DNA from: the human T2T-CHM13v2.0 reference genome, Homo sapiens
DNA: 64,000 nt
Direction: 5' to 3' (one strand)
NCBI RefSeq assembly: GCF_009914755.1
Contig: NC_060927.1
Within the stretch, counting starts at the first letter, position 1. Each line of letters starts with the position of its first letter. The position numbers and the translations under genes were made by a program. Under the pieces are notes generated by a model. It ran no database searches. It was given only the letters and a program-made list of their open reading frames with translations, and had not been told where the DNA came from. Shown here in pieces: positions 14,596 to 30,329 of this stretch.

Positions 14596-15557
14596 TGATT
14601 TTCTAATTTCTAGGGTTCACACTACTTCTATTATTACAAAAATCTCAAATTCTATGCACCTAGTGGCTAGAATGAATAATTAAGGCCTCTAGGAACTTGG
14701 AAGAAGGACAGATTGGAGTTGTCTGGAAAATTTTTTATGGAGGACACAGGATCTGACCCGGGAGTTGAAGACTGGGTAGGACGTTCATTAATGGAGAACA
14801 GGAGGGAAGTCTCTTGGAAGGATTAATGCGAGCAAAGGCACAAGGGTGTGCACAAGGATGTTTCATCGAGTAGAGTATAAAGGATTTGTGGGAAATAAGA
14901 CAGGATTAGTAAATTGGGGCCAGGCAATGGAGTGCCTTAAAGAATAGGATAAGTAGTTCAAGTTTAATCCTTCCTGTAAGCAAGTTTCCTTTAAAATATG
15001 TTTGAGAGTGATAAAATCAAATTAGACTTACAGAGTAAACACATATGAGCGTGTGTGTGTGTGTGTGTATTTAGCCAAAACCAAAAGCTTGTCAATAACT
15101 ATATTATGTAAAACTTCTTTTCTATAAAAACAGCATGCTGTCTCCCATTGTCCCTCTATATATGAAAACTTGCTGCCAGGAAGTTTTCATATATGCAGGG
15201 TTTACTTTCCCATTACTTTTCCTAGTGACACTTAGTTTTCACCATGTTCTGTGGCTTACGTGTTCTGCCCCTCACAGGTACCCCTATAGAAAGAATACTC
15301 CAAAACACCAAGGGAGTCACCAAGAGAGAAAGCCAGGCAGGGTGGGAAACTGAAAATCTCCACTGATTCTGCAGAGAAGCTCTAAGGAACAATCCTTCCA
15401 TTTCAAAGCATCAGAAGGGCCAGGAGCTCAATTCATCCTTCACATTTCCATAGGATGAAACATTATTTGTTCCCTTTAAGATACTATGTGATGAATTACC
15501 GCAGAAGAGATGGAAGGAGAAAAAAATGGGAATACAATAGTTAACACTTCTGTTATA

Positions 15558-15563
15558 TTTATT
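15558..15563 (-). terminator. Candidate proximal poly(A) signal of LMOD3
   Basis: AATAAA on the - strand about 345 nt past the LMOD3 stop codon. Confidence 0.4.
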
Positions 15564-15906
15564 ATTTACCAGAAGAAAACAATAATAAAGCAAATGTTTA
15601 AAAAATTTTCTTTAACTTCTGCTTCGGGAAATATGACTCTAAATTTCACCTGAGTCACTCAAATTGATTGCAAGTAGAAAATATTGCCTCTAAATATTAT
15701 ATTTTATCTCCTTCCACCTTCCTCTTCAGCCCCTACTTCTTCATGGCCCAAACATTCTGCCTTTTACAAATACCCTTATCAGATGGTAGCATTGTTTCCA
15801 GTTCTGCCACGTGGATCCTAAAGTATTGCTGCTGACATAGTCTCCATGCTGTAATCCAAGAGTCACTATTTCCATTTCTTGTTCTTCTAGATGGCTCTGT
15901 TGCCTC

Positions 15907-15933
15907 TTACGCCAGTTCTTTTGGCAGTTGCAC
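15907..15933 (-). CDS. LMOD3: LMOD3 exon 3 coding part (VQLPKELA*), 27 nt
   Basis: Reverse complement reads atcgcag|GTG CAA CTG CCA AAA GAA CTG GCG TAA, the known leiomodin-3 C-terminus; too short for the ORF track. Confidence 0.93.
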   Translation of the reverse strand: MQLPKELA

Positions 15934-16329
15934 CTGCGATTTAAGCATTTGAGGAAACGGGGGAAATTAATCCTGGAAATTTAAGAGCTTTGCAGCAAAA
16001 TTTACAAAATTTACATGCCTTAAAAGATACAGAATAGGTTTGAAATTCTGGCCAAAGCACCTCCAAAATCAAGATAAAACAACAATCATAACCACAGCCA
16101 CCATTTATTAGACATTTACTAATGCCAGGGACTGTTCCAAGAGCTTTGAGCACATGGCAAAGTAACATCATGGAAATAAGAGGGCGGGTGCCTAAGTTGG
16201 CCTGGGTTCAAAGACTGGCACTAGCATGTAGTAGTTATGTGGTGTTGGGCATCAGTTTTCTCAGCTGTAAAATGATAATAACAGTATCTAATTCACAAGG
16301 CTATTATACAAGTGAGTAATCCATGTTAA

Positions 16330-16635
<306 letters not shown>

Positions 16636-17042
16636 TAACACTTATTTTTAAAACAGTATCTCATTACATCCTACAAAAGCCTTGTAGGGAGAGAAATGGC
16701 TCAGAGAAGACAATAACTTGCCTAAGATCATACAGCTAGGAAGTGGCAGAGCAGGATTTGAACCAGGTCTGCCTGATTTCAGTGCTCATTATTATACACT
16801 GCCTGTAAAAATATCACTATAAGAATATAAAATATATGTTCTTTTTAAAACATGTCTTTCCTCTTTGAAGCACACTCCTAATCTGATGGTCAGAAATATT
16901 TAAACATGAAATATAAGCCAGGCAAGGGGGCATGCACCTGTAATCCTGGCTACTCAGGAGATTGAGATGGGAGAATCACTTGTGGCCAGGAGTTCGAGAC
17001 CAGCTTGAACAACAAAGTGAGACCCATCTCACCTTGTTAGGA

Positions 17043-17342
<300 letters not shown>

Positions 17343-17373
17343 ACCTGATTTTCTTAAAAGAGTTTTATAACAA

Positions 17374-17689
<316 letters not shown>

Positions 17690-19514
17690 TTTAAAGCATC
17701 CCCCAAGACAAAAAAAAATTATAAAACAACAACAGAAGTCCAACACTGCAAACCCACTTCATACTTCTGCCTCATAGGAAAACCTTAAGGACAAAGCAAG
17801 TTTTTAAAGGGTTTCAAGTGTCATTGTATCTTAGGAAAGTAACTCATCAACTCATCCATCATGTATGTACCTTCCAGAGGACACTGAAGATGCCCAGTGT
17901 CCCCAGGGCATTTGTATAACAATGACTAGGAATGTTTCTCCCTGTATTGCTAATGTCCACCTGCCAGTGTGATGAACCATTTTGGTCATCTGCTCTGGCT
18001 CCTCTTGCAGCCAGTTCTCAGCCCACGATCTTTGGCTAGGAATGTTTTTCCAATATTCTGCCCACCAGAGAGGACCTTTGATGTGCTGCTGCCTGCCAGC
18101 CTTCAAGCCAAGGGGACTTCCATGGCTTCTGACCCTCTACCTCCCTTGTGCCAAACTTTGAGAAGAGAGGGGTATGACTGCACCCTGCAGGGCTCTCCCA
18201 TGGAGAACACCAGTAGTTAAGAGAAACCATGAGCCAGGTATTTAAAATAACTGTAAAGCTGCAATAAATAGTTAAAACACTGTGTTCTTTGTATTATGGA
18301 ATGGAAAAAGAAGCATTTTATATAAGTTATTCCCTGTATTTGTTTATATATGCATGGAAGAGTTCCAAAATAATATTTTAAATTTAAAAATTTTTTAATT
18401 ATTTAGAGAGATGAGGATCTCACTGTCACCCAGGCTGGAGCGCAGTGGTGCAATGATAACTCAAAGCAGCCAGGCCCTCCTGGACTCAAGTGATCCTCTT
18501 GCCTTGGCCTCCCAAAGTACTGGTATTACAGGTGTGAGCCACCATGCCCAGCCCAGAATAATATTTTAAAAAGAAAATGTGGCACTGACCCAGAATAGTA
18601 AACCCAGACACATATTTACTTTAAAGTATGACCAAGCTGGTAGTTCAGATCACTGGGGAAAAGAGGAATCAGTCACTAAATGATCACTGGTTAACTATTT
18701 GGAAAAGAAATAATGAAATAGCCTTCTTGCTTTCTACTGACTTTAAAAATTAACCCTTTAATCTATCCATAATATCAAATATTTTTTAAAAACCAAAAAC
18801 TATAAAAGTTGCAAGAAAAGGCAGGCACACATTTTAATCATTTTCAAAGAGGCCATTTCTAAGCAGAATACAAAAGGTAGAAATCATAAAAATAGCTAGA
18901 TATGATGTCATAAAAATGTAAAACTTACAAACAGAAGAAAATCAACTTGTGTTATTGGTAGGGAGCCTTTTTCCCCTTTGCTTGTTAGTTTTCAAAGAAA
19001 GTATGTCTAGTGTGCTTGTGTGTGTGTGTGTGTCTAGCATCACACAGTGCACACATACGCATACACTCAGAGGCTTGGAGGCAGAGCGGGTGGGAAAGTT
19101 GGTTTCAGCACAGGCTATTTAATTTGGTCTACCTGTATTAAGTTCCTGCTCTGGACCAACACCTCAGTGGATGTCCAGGACAGAGATGAGCAAGACCTGC
19201 TTTGAAGAACTCAGAATCCTGTAAGGCTCAAAGTCTTTCCACCACTGTGGCCAGAAGGGCTGTCAACCTGAAGCAGAATGTGGGAGGTGCTATAAAAGAG
19301 GTGTGGACAAAAAAGGTAATGGAAATACACAGGCAGAGTACCCCTGACGTTTTTTTGTAAGAAGTAGCATTTGAGTCAAGCCTTGGAAATTGGATAGATT
19401 CTAACAGAGATAGAAGAAAAGGTAATTTGAGGCAAAGGGTGGTACAGAGGCAAGAAAGCAAGGCCCTTCAGGGAAGACAGCAGCAGACATGGTTTACCAT
19501 AGATGTCACCGAGT

Positions 19515-19695
19515 CGTGATTGTCAAATGTGGTCCCAGAATAAGCAGCAGCAGCATTACCAGGGAATTTGTCAGAAATGCAAATATTTAGGCCCCATCCA
19601 AGACCTACTGAATCAGAGACTCTGTCCCTGGACTCAGTAATCTGTATTTAGCCCTTTAGGTGATTTTGATCCACAATAACATTTGAGAATCACTA
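19515..19695. mobile_element. MER5A-like hAT MITE
   Basis: caaatgtggtccc...agcagcagcattacc...agaaatgcaaat...agacctactgaatcagagactct...aggtgatt...tttgagaatcact. Confidence 0.75.
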
Positions 19696-21195
19696 TATGG
19701 ACTTTAGAAAAGTGTATAAAAAACCTTTTTTCCCACTACACATCAAAGGCAAGCAATTCTGGTTTATATAATTCCTGGATTATACGTGCTCTTGATGAGC
19801 TTGAAATGTTACATTGCTTTTTTCCTATGGAGGCTCCCTTCATTAGAATTGTAACATTTCCAAAGCTATGATCTATGTTTGGCTTTGGCTTTTATAGATC
19901 ATCCTGGTTTCTTTATTGGAGGTCCTAAAAATGGGGGAGGAGGGGTCGAAGGAAGAAAAAGAAGTAGAAGGTAACCCTGGAGTTTCAGACCTGAATGCGT
20001 GACAGAATGGAGATAAGACAGAAAACTGGGAACCAGAAGCAACCACTAGGCCTAAAAATGAGCAGCTTGGTTTGGGGACAGATTGAACGTGCTAAGAAAA
20101 CCCTGAGTGATCTAAAGGGAAAGGGAGATTTGGGAATTGTTCTAGATTATGTGACAAGAGAAAGAGGAGAAAATTTCCCATTATGTGATGAGAAAGAGGA
20201 GAAAAGTACAAAAGGAGAGAATCTAGAGAATCTGGCTAAAGAGAAAGAAGACCTCATAAATGAGGCAAAGAAGAAATGGCCAGTGATGAAGATGAATGCT
20301 GAAGGGTTTGTAAACTTCAGTTCTGTAATCATAACAACCCCTAATGTGTCATGGAGTCTTTTGATGTACTAAGGCGGCCCATGATATTATTATACTGAAG
20401 TCTTTCTGGAGGAAAATTTAGCAATGGCTTTAGCCAATTGGATGGGAGCAGTCCAGATATACATGAGTAAGCCTGAAGTGAAATTGAGTGAATGTTAAAA
20501 TAGTTATCTTGCGTGATTGGCACAGAAGCTTGGATATGATACAAAATGCAGCTGGCCTCAGGGAATTAGACAGTTGCTGCAAATGGGATTTTATCTCAGT
20601 GAAAAGTACAAACACTCATTTGAGATGGTAGGAGTGAGCAGACCACAAGATTTTTGAAGATGAAAGAATATCACACATTTGTCAGGGAGGGATAGGCCTA
20701 TACCAGCCTAATGTCTTTGTGTTATCATACGACTCAGCTTTATTAACTCATAGGGAAATGATTTAGTCATTATCCAATAAATTCAGTTTGTTAGATAAGA
20801 CAAAGATTTTTAAAAACATAGCTAAAAACAACAAGAGCATAATAAAAAAATTCTACAGAAGCCAGATAAGTCATGTAAATGAGTGAAGCATGCCAGGTAC
20901 AAAGCAGTAAGGGCAAAAGAGAAAAACTAGAGGGTCCATGAGCATTCTCAAGGATGAAACCAATGCATAGAAACAGCTAATTTTTTCCATGCAAGTGCAG
21001 TGTGGCCAGATCTGATGTTCCAAGTGGTGCTAGATATCTGGATTTTTTTGCATGTGACATTCAAAAACTTACACAATGATACCCAAGCTAAATAAAGTGG
21101 GCCTGCTTTACCTCATGCTTTACCAGATCTGACCTCATGCTTTACCAGTTTTCAATACCTGGCCCACGGAGTAAACTTCTTTTAAACTGAATTGA

Positions 21196-21609
<414 letters not shown>

Positions 21610-21687
21610 TAAAAAAGAATTTTAAAATACATGTGCTCTATCAAATACAAAAGTAATATTTCCAAATCTATAAGGAAAATAACTACT

Positions 21688-21985
21688 TTTATTTTTCACA
21701 CAGGGTCTCACTCTGTTGCCCAGGCTGTAGTGCAGTGGCACAAACATGGCTCACTGCAGCCTTGACTTCCTGAGCTCAAGTGATCCTCCTGCCTCAGCCT
21801 CTTGTGTAGCTGGTACCACAGGTGCATGCCATCACACCAGGCTAACTTTTAAAAATGTTTTGTAGAAACAGGATCTCACTTTGTTTTGTTGCTCATGTTG
21901 GTCTTGAATTCCTGGGCTCAAGCAATCCTTCTGCCTTGGCCTCCCAAACTGTTGAGATTACAGGTATGAACCACCGCTCCCAGCC
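21688..21985 (-). mobile_element. AluJ
   Basis: Reverse Alu, J-type. Confidence 0.88.
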
Positions 21986-22012
21986 AGTAACTACAATTTA
22001 AAAAAATTTTTC

Positions 22013-22293
22013 TGTCGAGCATGGTGGCTGATGCCTGTAATCCCGCCACTTTGGGAGGCTGAAGCGGAAGGATCACTTGAGCTCAAGAATTTGAGACCAG
22101 CCAGGGCAACATAGTGAGATCTCATCCCTACAAATTAAAAAACAAAAAAAAATTAGCCGTGTGTGGTGAGTGCGGTCCCAGCTACTCAGGAGTCTGAGGT
22201 GGGAGGATCACTTGAGCCCTGGAGGTTGAGGCTGCAGTGAGCCATAATTGAGCTACTGCACTCCAGCCTGGGTGATAGAGTGAGATCCTGCCT

Positions 22294-22333
<40 letters not shown>
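22013..22333 (+). mobile_element. AluJ whose tail is an (AC)n microsatellite (22297-22333)
   Basis: Alu consensus running directly into about 18 AC units. Confidence 0.88.
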
Positions 22334-22336
<3 letters not shown>

Positions 22337-24648
22337 CTTTTCTAAGAAAAAAATTTGTTTCTGAATAATGTTCTCTTTAGTAACATCATACACACACAGA
22401 GAACCCCACAAGGTTTCAAAACTGTGTTTTAATTTTAACCTCGTTCTTGAAAATCCAGGGATTTGGAGGGTATCTGTCCCAAATCCCCAAAACCCTTCAT
22501 TTCACCTCTATCAAGTGAACATTGTCTTGTCTCACTTGATTGGCTAAAACTATCCCTTTCTGCTGAGATTTTGTGACATTACCATTTATAGTGTTTACTG
22601 TACTTTGAGTCTAAGATGTATATTTTGGGACATTTCAACAGCTCTGAAATCAGAATCCATCTTAAAATCGATGGTGTTTTACAATAGTTGGCTGGAGACC
22701 CAAGTGTGAACACATCATAGCTACTCATACTATTATTACCTCCATTGAGTCATGTGCCCTGTTGATACTACACACACAGATGTATTGCCTCTTAAAATAG
22801 CTTTTAAAGAAAGATAAGTAAGCAAATGTGGTAAAGTGAGACGGGTATGCAAGAATTCTTTGTACTACTTTTGACCTTCTGTAAGTCTAAAATGACCTCA
22901 AAACAAAACAAAAAAATTAAAATATCTTTTAAAAGATTATACTATGTTTTGGCTTTAAAGCAGAAATTTATAGTACATGCAGAAAGGCACAGAAACAGAG
23001 TGCTGGGAAGCAATCTGATATTAGTGAAGCAAATTTTCATTAGTGCAAGGAGGCATTTTCATATTTTTCTTGCCGAGTGTTTTCCAGGACCGAATAGATG
23101 AAGTTGTGTGACATTTTGTAACTGAGACACATGCAAACAGATCTGTCACAGGCCAAGCCAGGCAACTGAAGGCAGGAGAAATTGCCAATCCTTCAGAATA
23201 AATGAAGCCCTTTCAAAACCGAGGGTGATATGCAAGATTGTCATTCAAAAAGCATGTCAGAGTTCACTTTGCGGCATGTTTTTCTTGAATTATTTTTTTT
23301 AAAACACCACCACCAAATACACTTAAAATTGGTAGTAGTTTTGAATTGATTAAAATATGAAAAATGCAGTGCTTGGTGGGGTGTTTTATTCTTGCAATTA
23401 TCATCATGAATTTATTTTAATGTCTTTTGTCCTAGACTCTAGACCCAAAACTGTAGTGTTCTCAGTTGAGTAAAAGGCAGAGGGGTGAAAAATTAAACCT
23501 ACACTGTAAGCTCTGTGTGCGGTCGAGACTGAACCTGACTTACCACTATATCCCCAATCCTTCTCATCTGCCTGACATATATATTTGTTAGATTAACAAA
23601 TAAGTGAATGGATAGAATGGAATTGACCCAGGAAAAATGGATTTGCTCAGCAGAGCACTCAGAAGTCAGGGAGTTGGTTCAGATGCTCTTCTGAACTTCA
23701 TTCCCTCTTCTACTCCGAACTTACATGCCACCTTTGGCACAGATTTTTTCAAAAGACGTCTCATCATTCTTTTCAGACTGCTCTTTTCTGAATGTACAGC
23801 CACCAAGGTGGCTTGAATATTCTTTGCCAATGACTAGTTACTGGAAAAGTGGTAGAACTAGTTTCTCTCAAACAATACCCCAATTCATTCCTAGGGGAGT
23901 TCTGGCTGTCCAGAGAAGAGCAGGTGCAGAAAGTCTTGATGTTGTGCCCAAGGGCAGGCAAAGAACCATTGTCTGACCTCATGTGACCTCCAGCGTTCTC
24001 ACCCTGGCCACTGCTCCAGGAAGAATCAGAGCCTCTCTAAATCATAGATGAAAGTCAGCTTTGATTTAGAAGAATGGGCTATTGATAATTCTCCATTCTA
24101 GGAGTTGGGAATAAGGACGATACATATGTGAAAGACTAGCAATTATTTCAGAATATCAAGCTCTTTAAAGCAGAAAAAGAGCAAGCATGCATAAAAATTC
24201 AACATGTTTTGAAAAAACATGAATCTGTGTAACAAAATAATATACAGACTATTCTGCCAACATAATCTCGTGGCTATATTACAGGAGATTTTAAAATAAT
24301 ATAGTTAATTATCAATCACCTGCGGCCTCTGAACACATCTTTCAACCTCAATAAACGCCATCATAATAATGACCAAAATATCTTCATTTCTGCAACTTAA
24401 GTTGCACGGAAAATAACTTTTCCACTCGGCAGTAATCGTGGATCATGGTAAATGTTAAATTGAAATAGTGATTTTAAAACTCCGTGAATTCATGGTGACA
24501 CCAACCTGAAGTTCAACATTTATCTGCCTAAAAAGTGAGCAATACAAATGCAATTTCGGACAGTCTCTCTTCATCTACTAAAAAGAACTGTTTCTATGCA
24601 TTTTGGAAGCATTCCATTATCTACAAACAACTGGCCCAATTTGGGTGG

Positions 24649-24943
<295 letters not shown>

Positions 24944-25067
24944 CTGGCCTCATTCTTATTTATTCCTCACTGTAGGTTCCTAGGGATCTCTGAGTGTCAG
25001 CTCCATTGTGGCTGGAATGGTGTTCTTTTGAATATGCACTTGAAGAGGTCAGAAGAAGAGGTGAATT

Positions 25068-25290
25068 AAAGCTTGACTCTAGACTCAGAACCGGGTTTCA
25101 ATGTCAGCTCTACCACTTCCTAGCTGTGTCTCCTCCACATGTTATTAAATTCTCTAAGCCTCAGTATCCTTTTTATTAAATGGGGAGAATAACAGTACCT
25201 AGCTTATAGGGTTAGTAAGATGATTACATGAGTTAATTCATATAACAACTCCAGCCTATAGTAAATGCTCCCTAAATGTTAGCTGCTAAT
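25068..25290. mobile_element. MIR
   Basis: cagctctaccacttcctagctgtg...tctctaagcctcagt...aaatggggagaataacagtacct. Confidence 0.75.
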
Positions 25291-25489
25291 ATCGTTGTTA
25301 CAGAAGTCATATAGGCGTACCTAGAGATGGGGTGCTACAGGTGTACATCCTTAGGGATAGCAGTAATTTAGTTCTATTGGTAATGCTCATTGGCTTCCCC
25401 CAGTTGGTCTCAATTAGTGAGTATCCCCTTATGTTAAAACAGAGAGGGAATAAAGTTGGGATGCATTTACTATGGAGGGTGCTCAGTCA

Positions 25490-26875
<1,386 letters not shown>

Positions 26876-27861
26876 CTACAAGAGAGGTTTATGAGGGTTA
26901 GAATACATAGCAGAGAAGAAATATGAAGTGGAGCATCAGCTAGTGGAGATAATAAAAATGCTTATTTAAAAGAGCTGGTTGCTATTTTAAATAATCCTTA
27001 TTTAAATAGCTGATTGCTAAAAATGGGTGGTTATTCTATCCCATAAATTAAAATGAGTATTAAAAGGAAACCTTATTAATTTTAATATTCTGTACTTTTT
27101 AATGGTGTTTAATTTCAGAAGCAGTTAAAAATTGTTTTGAAAACCTCATAGAATTGTTCATCGATACACTGAAGCTTTGATTTTGTATCTACCAAATAGG
27201 CATCTAGTACCCAACAGTCCTGAGTTAGGGCAATAATTTCCTTATTATTCCAATATATTATAAATGTGATACTATAAATATATTAGAATAAGGAAATTAT
27301 TGCCCTAAAATTAACATCCCTACAATGTCTACTAATCTAGTATAGAATGTACATGAACTTCCTCTGAGAACATAACATAATGTATGGGAAATTAGATACG
27401 TTTGACATTTTGGAATATATATATATTTAAAAACCTCAATTTTGATTTTGAATATATATATATACATATATATATTTAAAACCTCAATTTTGATTCTATT
27501 TTTTCAGTTCTTTGACAACTGCCATGATACTCTGTCTAGGACAAGTTTACTATCCCAGTTTCTTGTGAAAGAAAGTGCCTAGGAACCAGGGCCAGCTGTA
27601 AGATGAAACAGGATTATGCAGACATTGAGAAATAATTGCTTAGTCTGGGAAATAAAATGGGCCTTTTATCAATAATATGTATTAGATTCTTGCACATCAA
27701 TTATAATGCTTTTCTATGCAACTTGTGGGCCTCATAGATATCATTTTGAAAGCCAGTATAGCAAGTTGAGACACAGGTTCATTTGAGCAAAAATTTCATG
27801 CTCATAACATAGGTCAGAAGAGACAGTGACAAGTCACCTTAACCACCTGAAGTCTTCACCA

Positions 27862-27895
27862 CTGCATTTCTCACCTTGACCAGAAGGGGGAGCCA
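27862..27895 (+). promoter_or_regulatory. Candidate CTCF site (core plus upstream motif)
   Basis: TGACCAGAAGGGGGAGCCA (27877-27895) resembles the CTCF core; CTGCATTTCT lies 5 bp upstream. Confidence 0.5.
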
Positions 27896-28855
27896 ACCAT
27901 CAAGCTGTTCAAGTTATACCAGAGGAAGGAAAAACATGTTGCAAGTACTCGTTTTTACCCCCTGAAACTGGCATTCACATAGAATTGGCTTTTCATCCAT
28001 TGATCTCCAGTTGTAAAAAATCTGCAAATTGTACCTTGAACTCTAACCTGATCAATCCAGCTGTTTCTTTTCTTAATCTTAGCACATGTTTAAACTCTAC
28101 TGACTGTAAAACCAATTGACAACTTTCCTTAATTACAGCCAGCTTCAGAGTAATTTAACAAGATGTATCTTTGTAAACAGGCATAACCTAAAGAGACTTT
28201 ACCTAGGAGGCATCTCTGTCCTCTTTTTGTTAAGTCATTTTCAAGTGGAACATAAAAAAAAAATTATGCTCATGCACAGTAAGTTTGCAGAGTTAACAAT
28301 TCTAGCTTTCAGGTTTTAGAAAGTGAAGAACTAGCTTCAAAACCACTTAATAGCCATCGATTTCTAAATGTCATCACTGACAGCCAATACATAGTAATAA
28401 TATAAGACATTTTCTGGTTATTCGACTTGGTTTAATTGCAGGTTGTGTGGCCAGACTTCAGGAGGACTGAAATGTTTGACACTGTGTGCGAAACACTGCG
28501 TATGTTTGGATGTGCCAGAGAGACAGAGGCTACAGAGCTGTCATTACTTTCTCAAAGGGGCCTGCAATAAAAAAGAAAGAGAGAGGTAAGGACAACTGCC
28601 TCTGGGTTATGAGTTAAGTCACTAAGTATCGTGGCAATAGAACACAGGCTTTCTGACACAGCAAACCCGACAGCAATTTTTAAAAAGAGACATTTGCAAG
28701 AAATTACCCAATTTTCCCCTTGTAAATATAAATGTGTTTCAGAAAGTTCCAGTCGGAGTAGGATTAAATATTATGGTTTAATCTAGATATGGCAAAAACA
28801 AAGCAGAACCAAACCCTGGAGTCTTGAGAAATCACAGTTACAACAGAGAGACCTA

Positions 28856-29215
<360 letters not shown>

Positions 29216-29379
29216 TTATTTTACTAGAAAAGAAGAATAATCAAAGATGATTTTTAAAAAGAAGGAAAAAAGCCTCAAGAAGGTCCCCCAGTTAACGAGT
29301 GTCCCAAGTTAACACACCCTTGAGATATTTTTTTTTTTTTCCCAGGAACCTCAGTGGTTTGCTGAGCAGCTAGGAGTGA

Positions 29380-29520
29380 TCACAGCTAAGCTCTTGCCGG
29401 ATCTATATTAAGCAGGGCTTGGCTGGATGGGGTCAATTTATGGAACAACTATGCTGCTCTCTTTTTGGCAACTTGAGTCAGCTGCGCAAATCCATCTGAC
29501 ATTTCAGTACAGCTGCTATG
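29380..29520 (-). promoter_or_regulatory. LMOD3 proximal muscle-type promoter (TATA/MEF2-like, CArG-like, E-boxes)
   Basis: CTTAATATAG (29403-29412, one mismatch to MEF2, TATA-like); CCATAAATTG (29434-29443, one mismatch to CArG); E-boxes CAGCTG 29479, CATCTG 29493, CAGCTG 29510; TGAGTCA 29474; about 200-320 bp upstream of the ATG. Confidence 0.7.
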
Positions 29521-30329
29521 TTTGCCAGAGACTAGCAGAGACTACAGAATCTCTGCAGGAATAAAATTAATTATCTTCCTATATGCCATCATATTGCCAT
29601 ACACAAATTCATGCAGCTCATACATACATACCCCAATACTCCAGGGGATTCCACTTGTTTTTATTTAAATATTAAAGCAACTTACAATATTTCAGAAGGG
29701 AAATCCAACCAGCAACCTGAGTTGTTTCTGAAGTAAAGAATTCACTTGAAGGTAGAAATCAAGCTCTTAGGGTCTGCCTCTTCCCTACAAGGTGAGTGTG
29801 GAAGCAAATAAAGTGGTGCACAGTGGAACAGAGGTCTTGCTATGTCACTCATCCTCTGTGTAAGCCGAACCTTTGCAAGATGTCCTGTTTGCATCTAGAT
29901 CCTGTGATCTAACAGATGGGGACAACCAGCACTTGGATTTCCACTATAAGTGAGTTTAATATTTTAAATTATTTGCTTTTCTTATTAAGTATCCATTAAG
30001 CCAATATCAATGAAAATGGCTCTAAAGTGAAGTGTTAAAAAAGAAATCCAGACCACTAATATACTAAAAGAAACTATGAGAAGATTTTCTTTTCAAACCC
30101 TGAAGGGGCAATATGCAACATTTGTCCAAATTACAAATGCCCATTTCCTTTGACCCAGCAATTCCACTTTGAGAAGTGTATCCTACAGATATACCCCTAC
30201 ATGGGTGAAACAACGTGTGTACAAGGTTACACAATATAGCAAAGTACAAAACAGTGTGTTTTACATGCCATTATTTGTGTGACAAAGGGTACAATAATAT
30301 ATAATATACAAGTTTTATTATATATATAT

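Noticed and set aside
17960-18135. GTGATGA box-C-like motif suggesting a C/D snoRNA
   Set aside because: No suitably placed D box with terminal stem, and it is antisense to the host intron.
19995-20372. 125-aa Lys/Glu-rich ORF
   Set aside because: Explained by purine-rich composition; no recognisable homology or splice structure.
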